The notes beneath the pieces are model-generated. The model did not search any database. It was not told the origin of the DNA and saw nothing but the letters and a program-made list of their open reading frames with translations. From the NCBI GenBank assembly GCA_013239625.1, contig MU054323.1, positions 15,256,029-15,320,028 on the forward strand: a stretch of 64,000 bases of DNA. The letters run 5' to 3'. The stretch is from Lama guanicoe. Its lineage: Eukaryota. Below, in pieces: positions 12,695-26,779 of this stretch. Within the stretch, counting starts at the first letter, position 1; each line of letters opens with the position of its first letter. The position numbers and the translations under genes were made by a program.

Positions 12695-14829
12695 GGATAG
12701 ATTATAACTTATGTTGAATGAACACTCTTCCCAAACTCTGACCATTGCTTCTCTTTGTTACACTTTGTAATAACTCTCTGGACTGTGCTTTGAAATAAGA
12801 TCATGGAGTCTTCTTTCAGAGGCAACTTAAAAATAGAGAATGGTAATTCTCAGTCCTGGAATGGCCAGAGAGTTGGAGCTTCAGTTCTCTGGATTGAGGA
12901 TATACACCAGAGCAGCCGGCTTGTGTGCCTGTTTAAATACGTAGTGTACAGTCTTCATGTTTGCCCTTCTGTGATGTATTATATAAAGACTCTCCAGTCA
13001 AAACTACTGGAGAATGGTTACAATTCTTGCTTCCTGTAAAATATTTTTGCTTTGTTCATGAGCTTCCAATGTGCCATATTTGCCTTGTCCTTCCCAGCTG
13101 CACAGAGCATTCTGGGTCATCTGCTGTCTCTGGTGAGTAGAGAAGGACAGGGGGTTTGCGGTGACTGTGACTGTACACACATCTCAGGGTCTCCGGCCCA
13201 TTCGCGGTGGCTGACACACCTGGCGCTTGGCACGTGTCCTGGAATGGCTGTGTAGCAAACTCTCAGCACCCACCCCAATGCTCTCTAGCTGCCCCACCCT
13301 GAAGACAATCAGAGCATTGTGCAGAACAATCCCAGAGCTGTTCAAAGAGCACAGCCCAGGGCCTGGGGGTGGCTGTTTATTTGTGGCATGAGATCAAGAA
13401 TGGTATGTTAGTAGCTTTGTGGATGTGCTTAGGAAAGACTTGTATCAGCCGCACCTGAGGCTCTGGCCCTTTCTCTCAGCCCTCTGTTTCTGTTTCCCCT
13501 GAAAACAATGCCCTCTGTATTTGGGAGTTGGACCTGTTCTGGGAAAACATGCATTAGGAATACGTCCAAGCCCACAGTGGCCTCTGGGTCTGTTGGCACA
13601 TCCCTTGGTAAGGTTGTGTGTGCTTTGTTACATGGCTGTTAGGGTTATTGATCCGGGTGGGGGTGGGGAGTGATGGGAGGATATGAGGAAGCGAAGATGG
13701 CACTAAAAAATCCAGATGCTCCCTGTCTCCATCAAAGGCCCCTGGCTCCATCCAAAACAAGGTTGAATGAACACTCTTCCCAAACTCTGACCATCCTTCA
13801 ATAATGCATGTGATCTAATTAAAATAAATCACGCTCAAGTGGTAAGGGGCAAAAGGAGCCAAATTTAGACTATCCAGCACAAAATAAAGGTGGAAAAATA
13901 CCCTTGACAAGGAAGACTGGCTTCAGGAAGGGGCAACAACAAATGAACCCATAACTTTTTCCAGATGTATGATTCTGACTTCAACACAGATAAAGCAGAG
14001 TTGTGAATGAGGTTTAGTAAAAACATACGAAAGAACTGTTCTCAATCATTTAAGTTCTTTTTAGCACTAAGTGTATGTGAAGCATGGAAGAAAATTTATT
14101 TTGAACATTAGTGACTTGTGTTGGCACAGTGTTTTTATTGACTCTTATTCCAAGCTATGGCTTTTATGTTTTCCGGTTCTCTTTGATATTTAATGAGTAC
14201 ATTTTAAGGGACATTTTTGCTATTTTATGGTGAGGGTGCTAGCTGTAGCAACTGGAAATTTGTAAAACTGTACAATGTAACTCTTCCAACATGGTTCCAT
14301 CAGTTATACACCAATAAATAACAGTGATTTCAAGGATGATTAATCATAATCATTATAAAGCACTTGGGCCAAGCCAACATCTGTTTCCATGGATACGGCA
14401 GCCAGCCATCCCAGTTTTGTAATTTATATTTTTAGTTATTGTTCCCAGATGACTGTGAGGACCATTCCACACAATATGACCTTTTAACTTTAGGCCCCAG
14501 TGGACTCTCTGGTTTACATGTAGCCTGTAGTCCTTTTGAGAAGTGTTCATTGAGAATTTGTGGAGCTCTGAGGAAATGAAGCTGGATTTCAAACGTTTTC
14601 CCATTATCACTTTCTTGAAAGTGAAGAAAAGTACAGTGGTAACAACATCAATCACAAGCAGCTAATAGTGCTAATGGCATTGTCTGTGAGTCAGAGATGT
14701 AGGCACTCACAGGGCACCGGGGAGACGTTGGAGTGGCCCGCTCCGTGTCACGCCGAGATAGGTGGAAAGCTGGTTCGCAACCTGACTCTCAGAACGGGCT
14801 CATTTTTCACTCAATTATTTTAGACAAGC

Positions 14830-15320
14830 TTGTTTTATTCAGCTCTGTATTGAATGAATGTTTATCGAAGCACATGATGTTCAAGGATCAGTGCTGGCCA
14901 GTTAATGGCAAGTCAGTGAGAAGTCAAAACTTGTCCTGGTTCCTGCCCTTGTGGCTCAGAAAGAGGCTAGTAGGGGAGGCTCGAGTTAAGCAAGTAATCA
15001 GAGAGGCCAATGGACAGTTAGGCTGTGACAAGTGCTGAGTGGGTGAGAGTTATCATACCCTGAGGTCCTGCCATCAGGCATTAGGTCTAGTTACAAAGGT
15101 AAGGACAGGCTTCTCTGGGCAGTGTCACCTAAGCTGAGATCTGAAGGAGAGATAACTGTGTAAAAATTAGAGGAAATAGCATGTCAGGGGCCAGCATGTG
15201 CAAATGCCCCACAGCAAGAGGAAGCAAGGTGAGTTCCAGCACTAAAAGAAGGTGTGACAGGAGTGTAGAAATATGGAACAAAATGATCAGGGGCTTGGTT
15301 ATGCAGGTCTTGTGTGGCCC
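14830..15320 (-). mobile_element. L2 LINE fragment
   Basis: Decayed antisense L2 motifs (AATGTTTATCGAAGCAC, GGCTTCTCTGGGCAGTGTCACCTAAGCTGAGATCTGAAGGA, AGCATGTGCAAATGCCC). Confidence 0.6.
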
Positions 15321-15780
15321 ATAATGAAAATTCTGACCCTCTTTCTAGTTACTGAAAGGACTTGCCTGCAGTAGCCTAACTGACTGGGTTGCATCAGAGT
15401 CAGAAAGAATAGCTGGGGACTGGTGGTTGGAGTCTCTCTAGCTTGAGAGGTAGAACCACACTTTGGTCCTTTGCCCCTTTAACCACCCTACTGTGATTTT
15501 TTTCCCCCACTCATCTCTGCTGTGACGTCCAGACGCTGAGAATGGCAGGAAAGCCCTGAGGTGTGTCTGTCATTGGCTCGACTGCTTTCACATGCTGCAG
15601 CCCCAGGTGTCCAGGGTTCTGATCTATTCTCAGTAGAGGCAGGAGGCCATGACCTGGACTGTTGTCATGGGGCTGAAAGAACAGGCTTAATATAGACTTT
15701 TCTCTTTCTATGCATAGGATTCAAAGTATTTCTCCCACATACCAAGTGTATTAAGAGACCACATATGAAGTGCACCTACT

Positions 15781-16253
15781 TGCATTAGTTTTACATGCTG
15801 TGTACCAAATAATACGCAAAGCAGCTTAAAACAGCACACATTTATTATCTCACAGCTTCTTTAGGTCAGGAGTCTGAACGTCGCTTGGTTGGGTCCTCTG
15901 CAAGGCTTCAATCAAGGTGTTGGCCAGGGCTACATTTTCATCCGGAGGCTTAACTGGGGAAAGGCTTACTTCCACACTCATTCTAGTTGTCAACATAATT
16001 AATTTTCTTGTGGCTATAAGGATTTAGAGCAGCTTTCTTCTTCAAAACCAGCAAGGAAAGCAAAATCCTAGAGCAAGGTGGTTAGCAGGTCTTGTGTAAC
16101 AAAATATAATCCTGGGAGTGACCTCCCATCACCTTTGATATCTCCTTTTGATGAGAGTAAAGTCGCAGGTACCTGTCCACAGTCGGAGGAAGGGGACTGT
16201 ACAAGGGCATGAACACTGAGAGCAGAGATCATGGAGCCAGTCTCTCCACCACA
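15781..16253 (-). mobile_element. MLT1 (F/E-like) MaLR solo LTR
   Basis: TGCATTAGTTT...GCAGCTTAAAACAGCACACATTTATTATCTCACAG...GGGAGTGACCTCCCATCACCTTTG...CCACCACA. Confidence 0.8.
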
Positions 16254-17334
16254 CTGTCCCTGCCCTAACTTCACAGACATGTACGCAGGGCCTGTCTGTG
16301 CAAAGTCTGGATGAATTTTTTGCCCTCCTTGACTCACTGTGGCAGAGAAACCCCTGGACATGGTTTGATGGCCACCTAAGAAGAATATGGAAGCCCAACC
16401 GCCAGTGAAATTCCCCTGGTGGAAATCCCCTAGCCTAGTTCCTCGAGGAATGAATGACAGATGGAGCCCCAACTACTGTGGGTGATGGGGAGGTCTCTGG
16501 GGTTTTCCCCTAGTTCACCCTCTTTTCCTTAGAAGGGAAAAAGCCATTAGATGGGTAGCCTGACACCAAGGAAGGAACAGGGAGCCTGGCTGTAAAGGCA
16601 GGAGATGGCAGGTTTAAGATGGTAAAGGGCACTGACTGAGATGGAGTTCTGGCTCTGCTGCCTCGGGTGGGTCATCCCCTCCCACAGGAGGTGCTAAGAA
16701 AATGAAACAGACAACTTCGAACAAGAAATCTCTCAGAAAAACGATTTGCGCCAAGTGTTGTATTAGTTTACCAGCAATGCCCAGAGTTGACATCTTCTGC
16801 TTTCCAGTTTGTGCTTTATTACTTTACAGTGAATTGCTAGGCTAAGGAGGGAGGATTCAGGGTGCTTTCAGGAGAGGAGGAAAAAGGGTAAGGGGAGAGG
16901 GACTCAGAAGAGAATTATAAGACCCTAGTTATAAGCTAGACCCATTCAATGGTGCCTTACTGCTTTGAACAGAAATTTTCTATGTTGTAAAATGTGACTC
17001 ATGGATAACCTTTTTAGCCATACTTAGTTTACTCTACCACGTCACATAGGAAGGGAGAAATATTTTGCTTTGTACTCACAAACTGGAGTCTTGCTAAGCA
17101 TGTGTATTGTGCAGGCCTTTGGCTGTGGTGGTGGGGTGTTGATCTTACTCTGGCACCTCTCTGAGCCTTGTGAATGGTGGTTTGCAACCCTACTGTCGCA
17201 CGCATCCCTGCCAAGACAGGGCTGCTGACCCTCCTGTCACCTCTTTGCAGCCAAGGCCAGCCCTCCCATGTGTCACAGCCAGGAGGTTTTCACTCAGCCT
17301 TCCTTTCTTGTAATCTTGGGGATGCAAATGGAAA

Positions 17335-17852
17335 CAACAATTAGTCGCAATTTTCACCCATCAGATTAGCAAAAATGAAAAAGACTGAAATAACCAGTGG
17401 GATATAAATGATACAGCCACTTTGGAGAGCAATTTGGCAGCTTCCCAAAAACTAAAAGTGCGCACACATTTCACTTCTAAATCTATGCCCCAAAGAGGTA
17501 ACTCTTCCAGCTGCACAAGCAGACCTGCACAAAGCTGCTTCTCATTCAGCATTGTTTTTTGAAGTGAAATATTTGAAACAACCTAAATGAAAAAAATATA
17601 ATGAAATATCCTAACAGAATAAATACAGTGGGGTTTGATCATTACAATGGAAAACTACCCAGTGGTAAAAAAAATAATGGACACAATGTCTTTACATAAA
17701 CATTGATAGATCTCAAAAACGTAAATGGAAATATTGCAGAACAGTGTGAATTTGTTCTGTCAATAAAGCAGAACAATTGCAATTTATGATGCAACTTATT
17801 TCAATGTGAAATGCAACACAAAAGTAACAATATATATTACTTATGGATATGG

Positions 17853-17890
<38 letters not shown>

Positions 17891-18130
17891 CATCATCACA
17901 AGCATCACAATGGACTGAAGACTGAATAGCAAAGTGCTGGTAGGAATTGCTTCGGAGGAGAGAGAAAACTGGGTCAGAGGGTAGAAGACTAAGGAGACTT
18001 TAACTTGATTTATACTATTTTTATTTAGAAAACACAAAAACTTAAAAATGTCAACATATGATCAGTTTTTGTGTGTGTGAGGTAGGAGTAGGGGTTTTAT
18101 TTTGTCCTTTGAGATTTTTCAGAAGTTCTC
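17335..18130 (+). mobile_element. Ancient L1ME-type 3' fragment
   Basis: TTTTCACCCATCAGATTAGCAAAAAT, ACAGCCACTTTGGAGAGCAATTTGGCAG and TTGAAACAACCTAAATG. Confidence 0.7.
17854..17887. repeat. (TG)17 microsatellite
   Basis: Perfect dinucleotide run read directly from the sequence. Confidence 0.95.
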
Positions 18131-21100
18131 AAAAAATATCAGTAATGAAGATCACTGTTTCTTACCAACTGGAGGAATCTGAAACATTGCAAATCTAGTT
18201 TCCTGTATGTCGTGTGATAGGGGTACCCGGAGCTGAAAAGGGTGTCAGAGGGCTAGCTTCAGCAGAATTTGGGAAAAGGGTATGCAAGTGTATATAATAA
18301 GGAACTAGAAATGGGCAACAGTATCCAAATATGACCGCTTTGCAAACACATTCAAATACATTTGCATCTGCAAAGCTTTTTAAAAAGCAGTGTGCCTAAA
18401 AAAGGTTTAAGTAAACAGTTGCTGAATTGGATATGCATAATGATCGCAGCTAATTGCATTTTTAATAGAATTATTCTTTGTTATCTAGGAAAAGGAGGTT
18501 AAAAAGCAGGAAATAAATTATTTTTTGCATTAAGTCTAGATTTCAGATTGGTCCCGATTGTGACGGAAATCGACTTGTTGAAGGTTTTTCTGCTGTTCAG
18601 ATGGGTGACCATGGAGCAAAAGCACTTAGTGAGTTAGAGGGGAACCGATACACTTACAATCCTGAAAGCAAAGGCAGGATTTGCAGAAGTAAACAATTCC
18701 ACTCAGTAATGTTCAGAAAACCAGACTCTTGTTGCTTTGATTACAAGAGTAAAGAAATCCAAAGACACTGCTGGAAACCCTCTTTGATTTCTTTTAAACT
18801 GAAATGATTGAGGTGGTTAAATTATGATGTGATCGTAGGTTTTTGTATCTCAGAAGCCTATTATTGTTGCATGTCATTAAAGCTAAGTTTCATTAGTAAG
18901 TTATTCTAAGGGTTATTAGCAGTAATTCTGTGTGTGATTCTATCTGAAGTGTACATAATCGATGTAGATTCAACACTTGCTATTCAGTAAGGAGGTATTT
19001 AATAGAAAACAGGATTAGTTATTTTTCAACTACCTCTTCCTCCCCAGCCCTAATTCATCCCTCATTTTAGTTCCAGATTATGCCTGTCAAGGAATCTCTG
19101 ATGCCATCAACCCCTTTCTTAGAAATGCCCAAGGATGCCTCACTTTCCACTGAACTGAGAACAGATTGATCAACCTATGCTCACGTTCTCCCCTAGTGTT
19201 ATTCCCTGCCATTCTACAGCATGCCAGGCTAAGTGCATTTGTTTTTGTTTTGTTTTTTCATTCCCCCTTTATTGAGGCAGTCCAAACGGTTTGCCTTTGG
19301 CATTGTTCTTGAATATTTTTAACCTTTTACTCATACTTTTTTCCTAACTAGTCATAATTCTCCTGTTCAGTTTATCTACCAACATGATCTAGATATTACA
19401 AGAATTATCTCAAAATTCACAACTTCCATGAAACTGTTAATTCCACCCCATAGAAACACTTAGTAATTCTGGTACAGCATTTACAGAATGGTTTATCTGC
19501 ATATATTGATGGACTTTTGAGTATTAATTTAGCCTTCCTCACTTTATTGCAAGTTTCTCAACCACTGAACCTCTCAGTGCTTTCAACCTTTTCAAAATTG
19601 ACTAATTCATATTTATGGCCCCTACAGCAGGCAGCAGTGTGCCTTACAAATAGTTGCTTAGTTAATGCTTAGTTAATTATTACTTTACTGAGTACACAGC
19701 TGTATGGAAAAGTTGACCTACGTCAGCTGTTAACTGACCTGAATTCAATTGTCAACTTTTCAGTGGTCTTAATGAACTGAAAACTAAGCAGGTAACTTTT
19801 TAATCTGGTACCTACATTGTATATGGCAACTTCCCTGGAAAGTTTGCACCTCAGGTGCAAATGTGTACTTATTTTCTTGCTGCAATGACGTGGTGAAACC
19901 AGAGGTCAGTGTCCTCCAAGAGCACCCTCGATATGGGATTCTTGGGAGGAAAAGGACTTTCTAGCCAATGTCCCCAACTCCATGGAGTCAGGGAGATTCT
20001 ACAAAGTGTTTATTGCACAGGATCTGACTTACTGTGTCTTTGAAAGACATACACCTTCAGGATTGGTGTATCTGGATAGGCAGGTATGGAGTAGAGTGAA
20101 ATGGCCTTTAGACTCAGGTCCCTTAGAATACTTCAGGACATCCACTCTTTGCCTGAATTATATATAATGTGCATCCTTATTTTATTTATTAATTTAATTT
20201 ACTTATCTGTCTTTGTCTTCTTCTAGAACACATTTCAAGTTGCCTATGGCCAACTCATCCATAAAAACAGTGTGATATAAATAGGAGGGGAAAAAATGTT
20301 AAGACCAGGGAAAATATGAGTTTGGTCAGAGGAAAGTTAAGCCTGGGATTGGGATGTGACAGAGGTGAGAAAACCACAAGCACCCACACTATCCAAGTCT
20401 TCATAGTTGTTAGAGTTGAACAAGAAATTGGGCTCACCTGGGCAACCAATGTGAAAACAAAAGCTGGTCTGGGACATAGTGTTAAATGTCTAAGGAAAAT
20501 AATCATATCAACTTTGGTGAGAAACAAATACTTCATTAGATTAAAATCTAAACCTAACTGCTTACATGGAACTTCCCTTAAGGGCAGTGGATGAAATTCT
20601 CAACACCACATGAAGCTGTATGACAATAGGATCATTCCTCAGGAAATGACAGAGGCACAATTCTGTACAAGACTCATCTCAAGCGCCGGCATCACTCAGG
20701 ACAAGTGTGCGCCTTTCTGAGGGATTAGCTTGATTGGAGGGTAAAACCTGAAGTGCCAGGAAGAATGCAAAGACTACCAAAAATTCCTCCGTAAATAGCT
20801 CCTTCTTCAAGCAGGCTTTGAATATGAGGTGAAAAGCATGGAGTTCATGATTGCATTTGTAATGAGCCCATGAGGGATTCTTCATTATTAACTGAGGATA
20901 CATTATTCATTATTGATTGCCCCTTAGTTACATCATATGCTGAATTATTTTATTATTACTACCTCCACCAACATCACCCCCATCCTCAGGAAATATCTTT
21001 TTAATGCCCACACCAATACACACATAGTTGGTGATTAATGAACATGAGTTGAAGTAACTGTGCTAGGAGCCAGTTGAAAGTAAACCCCAAGTTTATTTCT

Positions 21101-23299
21101 CTTTGGAAAGTGACCATTAAGTAAGCACACACACAAAAAATGTATCAGAGGTAAACAGAATTTTACATAATCAAATGCATTAGCATGAAATATCTAGTTG
21201 GGAACGAATGGGAAAATGATCCTAAGAATTATGTCCATGAAGTAGAACTTCAGAAAATTTTAAAATAAGGATGAAAGGATGGTCAAAAAATGTATTCTAG
21301 ACAAAAAGCAGTGTTTGGGAGAAGACTCAATAGGGAAAGCAATTCTAACCTTCTTCTTTCAAGAAGCCCAAGCCCACAAAAATGATTAAAATGGGCATTT
21401 CTATGAAGGTTATTTCATCTGACCCTAAGCTGTCCGACCTAGCAGAGCTTAGTATATAGTCATATATAAGAGACCCAGAGTCGCTATAGAAAGACCTCAA
21501 GTTCACAGGGCCAGGACTAGGAATGTTTTCTGGCTTCATACCCAAAGCTTTAAGAGGCCTGTCTTGTGCTTCTCAAGTCTGCTAAAGATATATTTAACAA
21601 CTGGTGAATGTTAGACAGGGAAGAAGAGCAAACCTTCCACTTGCCAACTCTCCTCCTCCTCACCATCTTCTCCAGCTATGTCATTTTTATTTGGCAATCC
21701 CTTCTCATCTTGCTTTTCTTTCACGTCAATCCATAAAAGTAGAGCACAGGATATAATATCTAGTTGGTACTTATGGATTAATTCTTCAGTTTAGGGTATG
21801 AGGTAAAGAAACCCATTTTCTGAAGCATATTCAGAACATTCTTCAGAACAGTTCCTGACAAGGCAAGAATGACGGTAACATACTAGATGTTATCAGTTGC
21901 GACTTAGGTTCAACTGTAAGTATTAAACACCAGAAATAATTATAGCTTCACCAAGATAAAAGGTGTGCCATGGACATCCAAGGGTGGCCATCAGAAGCTG
22001 GGAGAGCAGACCCACAATGTCGTCAGGTTCTAAGATTCTTCCTGCTTCACCAGTCTTGGCACTGACTGCCAGGCACTGTATCAGCCTAAAAACTGAGATG
22101 GCACTTGGAATGTCCAAGCATTACATCCAATGGAGGCTGGCAGCAGAGACACCTGGAGGAGGATGAAAGGCCACTCACTTCTCTCTTTAAATTGTCTTAA
22201 AGAGGGATCCGGGTGGTCATATATGGCTTTGATTTACATCACGTTACCCAGAGCTTGACCACAGGCTGTAGAGGAACTGGAAAAATCAAGACTGTTCCTA
22301 GAGGGGATGTGCCCCACTAATAATGGAAGTTCTGCTACTGATGTGAGGAAGAAAGGGAAGATACCTCAAATGATTTTGAATAAATTATTGTAATTAGAAT
22401 TTCTGGTTTCTGATGATTACAGAATTGAGACATAATTTTTTTCCAACTTAAATTGTTTTCTCACTTAGGTCACTCTTTCTGGGTGGCATCTCCTCTTGGT
22501 CTCAGATCTAAATAAATCTCATGTCATATGTTCTTATAGAAAAAAAGAGAAGAAGAACAGATTGACATCTCTTTTCTTTTGTTAACTCTAATCATAACTG
22601 ATTAAAAAGTCTCCAAAAGTTTGTAATAAATTTTACTTTTAGTATTCTGATATTTGTTTCTCTCCTAATATCACTCCCATTTTTTTGCATTTATGGTTTT
22701 CGCCATTTACTTCTATTTTGAAAACTGAGGACTCTTTCTGACCCCATGTGAATTTATGTCATTATTTTCTTGTTTTTGGCAAGACTTCTTGTGTAAGATT
22801 AAAATGGCTTACCCTCAAATCCTTCGTGCCAAATTTAATTATGTCTTAATTCAGAACCACTTTTAATGAAAGATGATAAGAAAGACAACTACTTAGCTAT
22901 TTTCAGCTTCTGAATTTCATGTCATGGCACTGGATTACTGATCCTTTTGAAGCTAGATGTAAAAGAAACCTGCATCCTACAAATCACAAGGTAGATTGGG
23001 AAACATTTTGGACCCCTTCCTCCTTAATTCCTCTTCCTTTACTAAAGATAGATTGCTTTCTTCAGAATTCCTCCTATAGTCTTTCTCCTCTTAAAAGATG
23101 GCTCATTCATTGCATATGAAAATTGCTTAGAGATGTATCTACTCTAGAATTTTCCACTGCTCATCAAAGACATTTGGCTCTAGTAATTTGTTATTCTTTT
23201 AAATGTATTACTGAAAGAAAGTTCAATTTTGAACATAGGTGAAATGAGACATCTAGAATCTCTCAACGTTAACATATTGGCATATTTTCTAACAGCTCC

Positions 23300-23455
23300 A
23301 CATCTCATTTAATGTAAGATGTATCATTATTTTATGTACCTCTAAAAAAAGAGGCTTCTAATTAAAGCACAAGACAGTACTGATTGTAAGATACACCCTG
23401 ATTTTACAGCTGTTGATATGTTAAAACCATGCCTTTCAGAATTGAGAAAATTTGG
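23300..23455. mobile_element. TcMar-Tc2 (MER104/Kanga-like) DNA transposon remnant
   Basis: GATTGTAAGATACACCCTGATTTTACAG...TTCAGAATTGAGAAAATTTGG resembles the recalled terminus of this family. Confidence 0.45.
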
Positions 23456-24027
23456 TTTTTGTCTACACAAATATACATTTTAGTCATGATCCTAGAATAC
23501 AGACTTCTCTTTATTCTTTCTTTTCCACTCAAACTGTAAACCATAAACATTTCCTGTATTTCTACATTTACTTTATAATTACCATTTTAATAACTACGTA
23601 GTTTTCTGTCCAGTTGATGCACTGTAATTTACTAAATCATTCTGCTGTTGTGCATTTAGCATGTTTCTAGGTTTTCGACAATAAATACCCTGTGCACGTA
23701 GATTTTTTTATACTGTTGAGTAATTTATTTATCTCACTTCCTGAATTGTCTGGATCCAAAGATTAATGAAAATTTGTATAGTTCTTATTATTTCATTGCT
23801 TTCCAAAAATGTACCAATTTCCATTGCCACCGGCAATAAATGAGTACCCCAGTTCCACAGGAATTACTCCAAATATTGTGAGCTATTTTTAAAAATCCCA
23901 ACTTTTTCTTATTCTAGAATGCTTCATAAATATTTCTGTAATTTGTGTTTATTTGAACTAGTAAGGGTAAATGTTTTTCCAATAGCAACAAGCACTCAGA
24001 TCCCCAGACTTTGGTATGAAACATAGG

Positions 24028-24565
24028 CACCTGGCAGACTATACTTTAACCAAGTGGTCAAGGTTAGCATCACCAACGAAAAGTCATGTTGTTTTCACAT
24101 ACACCCTGCTCTGATGTAACAAGAAAGGCACTTTTACCTCTGTGGTATTCTTCTCAAAAACCTATAACCTTAGTCTAAGCATGAGAAGAAAACATCAGAG
24201 AAATCCAAATTGAGGCATAGTGCACAAAATATCTATCCATCACACCTCCAAACTGTCAGGGTTGTGACAAAGAAGGAATGGCTAAGAAACTGTCATAGAC
24301 CAGAGAGCCTCAGGAGTCATGACACCTAAGGGCAAAGTGGAATCCTGGAAAAGAAAAAGGACATCATTACAAAAAACTGGTGAAATCTAAATAAAGTCAG
24401 GAGCTTAGTTAATAGTAAGGTAACAATATTAGTCTCTCGGTTTTAACAAATATGCCATAGTTATGTCAGATGTTGACATTAGTGGTGAACCGGGCAACAG
24501 GTACGTGGGAGCACACTCCACTACCTTTCCAACTTTTCTGTAACTCTAAAGTTATCCCAAAATAA
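24028..24565 (+). mobile_element. L1MC4-like 3'UTR fragment
   Basis: CCTGGCAGACTATACTTTAACCAAGTGGTCAAGGTTAGCATCACCA...ATGAGAAGAAAACATCAGAGAAATCCAAATTGAGG. Homologous to 43430-43850 and 56590-56760 in this window. Confidence 0.75.
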
Positions 24566-26779
24566 GAAAGCACCTTCTACGTAATCTCATTGCTTGAAAA
24601 TTGCTATTAATATTTTATAAAAATGAGATTAAGCCCTATAATTTTGGTTCACCTGCTTTTGTATTTGTCAGCATATTGGGACATTATTCTGCTGGTAGAG
24701 CCAAGAGCGATAACTCCCTCGTTCTGGTCATTGTGGTTCTTTGAGGTCCTTTGTCTACTTAAAGGAGACAGTGATTGGTCAGCAGAATCTTTGATTGTAC
24801 TGGCCATGTGACATCTGTCTCATCATGGGAGGTAGGCTCTGCCTGGACTTGGTTTGGTCCAAACCTCACTCCACTGGTGAAAGAAAGAAGCCTTTACAAA
24901 GATTTCATAAGCTTTAATGTTTATGAAACTTTAATATATTCTTGACTCTGCACAACTGTGCCCCTCCTAACACTCGCAACAAGAAAGGCATGAGGGGAGA
25001 TTCCTTGTTGCTTTAACACAAGAGCACTGTCTTCCTTTACAATCCGTGATTTGTTATACTGCCAATAGATTTGACATTGTACTTTGAAGGGAAAAAACCC
25101 CAAATGACTATTTACTACTTGTCAGTCACTAAATGTTTTATGTACATCATTTTATTTGATCCCCAAAGCAATCCTCTGAGAAAAGAAATATTCTCATCCT
25201 CATTTCAAACATTTATAGAGAGAGGTTAAGGAACTTTTCCCAAGGACACACAGTAAGTGGTAGAGCTAAGTTTCAACCCAGGCAATGTGGATCTAGCCAG
25301 AATATTTGATCTTTGCACCATGCTGTCACCTCAAGGAGCAGTTATCTAAATTGTGAGCCTGGTGAGAAATCACAGAATTTATTCTTTGCAAATTAGTTGT
25401 GGAGCCACAGCAACAGCCACAGCAGCAACAAAATTCTTCTGCAATTGTCTTGTGTTACCGAGCCTTTCTGCTCAGAGGAGATCATGTTTGAGCAGGCAGC
25501 AGGAAAATTTGAGAAAGAATTAATTAGAGAGCTCTCTGCCACTCTGAAGTGTCATTCCTAGTTAATATGAGACTTCTGTATGATTAGCATTATTTTCATT
25601 ATGTGTCCTGTTTTTCTATAGCATCATGTTTGATGACATCATAATGTATCGTATCAGAGTAATAGACCCTAACACTTCTGCAGATTCGAAAAGGGAGTGT
25701 GGCAGTATATTTAAAATGCTTTTATAAACTGTAAAATGTGATGTGAATATTAAGCACCCTATTATAACATATTTTTTAAATTAGAGCTTTTTTTTATACA
25801 AATAGTCGTATGTATCCATCCAGGTAGTTCATGCTAAAACTAAACAAAACTTAGACGTAATTTTCTCTTATCATTGTTTCCGTCTTGCACATTTCTTTGT
25901 GAGTAGAATTAAATTACAACCAAAAATAGAAATGCATTTGTTAGCACCTGATACCATTGTTCTGAAAGAAAGGTATTTTTTTCCATGATGGCAAACCTTC
26001 CTCACACTGAATAATATACAATTGAATTTGCATGTTAAAAAAAAAGTGTGCACTGCTTTTTTATAATTAAAGATAAGATTAACCTGTGTGTTGAATTTTC
26101 CTCCAACAACAGCTTGAAACATTTTCAAGTTAATTTTACGGAAAACAGGGTGAGAGGAGCAGGTAATTATTTTCTGCTGACATTCTCTCCCATTAGATTG
26201 AATGTGCATTTTGGGACTGAGCTGTCAGTTTTGATTTCAGCTTAGTTTTCATGTAGAGTTGGTGTATTGAGATTATTTTCCCATTATTGTTTAGTATGTA
26301 CTTTTTTATGAGAGTAGAAGTAATTTGGGGCCATCCGTCAGTCATTTCCTCATAGTTTGGGCACATATATGAGAAATATAGGAAGAAAGTCTCAAGCCAT
26401 CTGCTTCGAGCAGTCTAAGTTATTTACACATATAAAACCCCCGATTTTGTACCCTTTGTTAGAACTAACTGTGGTTTAAGTTAAATAGTTTAATGAAAAT
26501 CTAAATAATGCTACCTAACGTCATGGACAAAAAGTCATTTTATTTGTTTATACAAATGAATCCATTCATTCATTTTTAATGCCATGCTTCTTTGTGTACT
26601 GCATTGACTGGGTGGTATTTAGCTAGGTGTCTTGGAATTTAATGTGAGCTGATCTCATCTTTTCTTAGCCTTCTTGAAAATTTGAAGTTTTGGATTACAT
26701 GAAGAAATTCTGATTAATTATTACTTAATAAGGAGAACTTTATTTTCACTTTATGTATCAGGGGTTTAATAACAATTTT

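Noticed and set aside
12713..13794. Direct repeats interpreted as a CRISPR-like or prokaryotic system
   Set aside because: Only two copies 1 kb apart, no repeat-spacer array, and the DNA is clearly mammalian.
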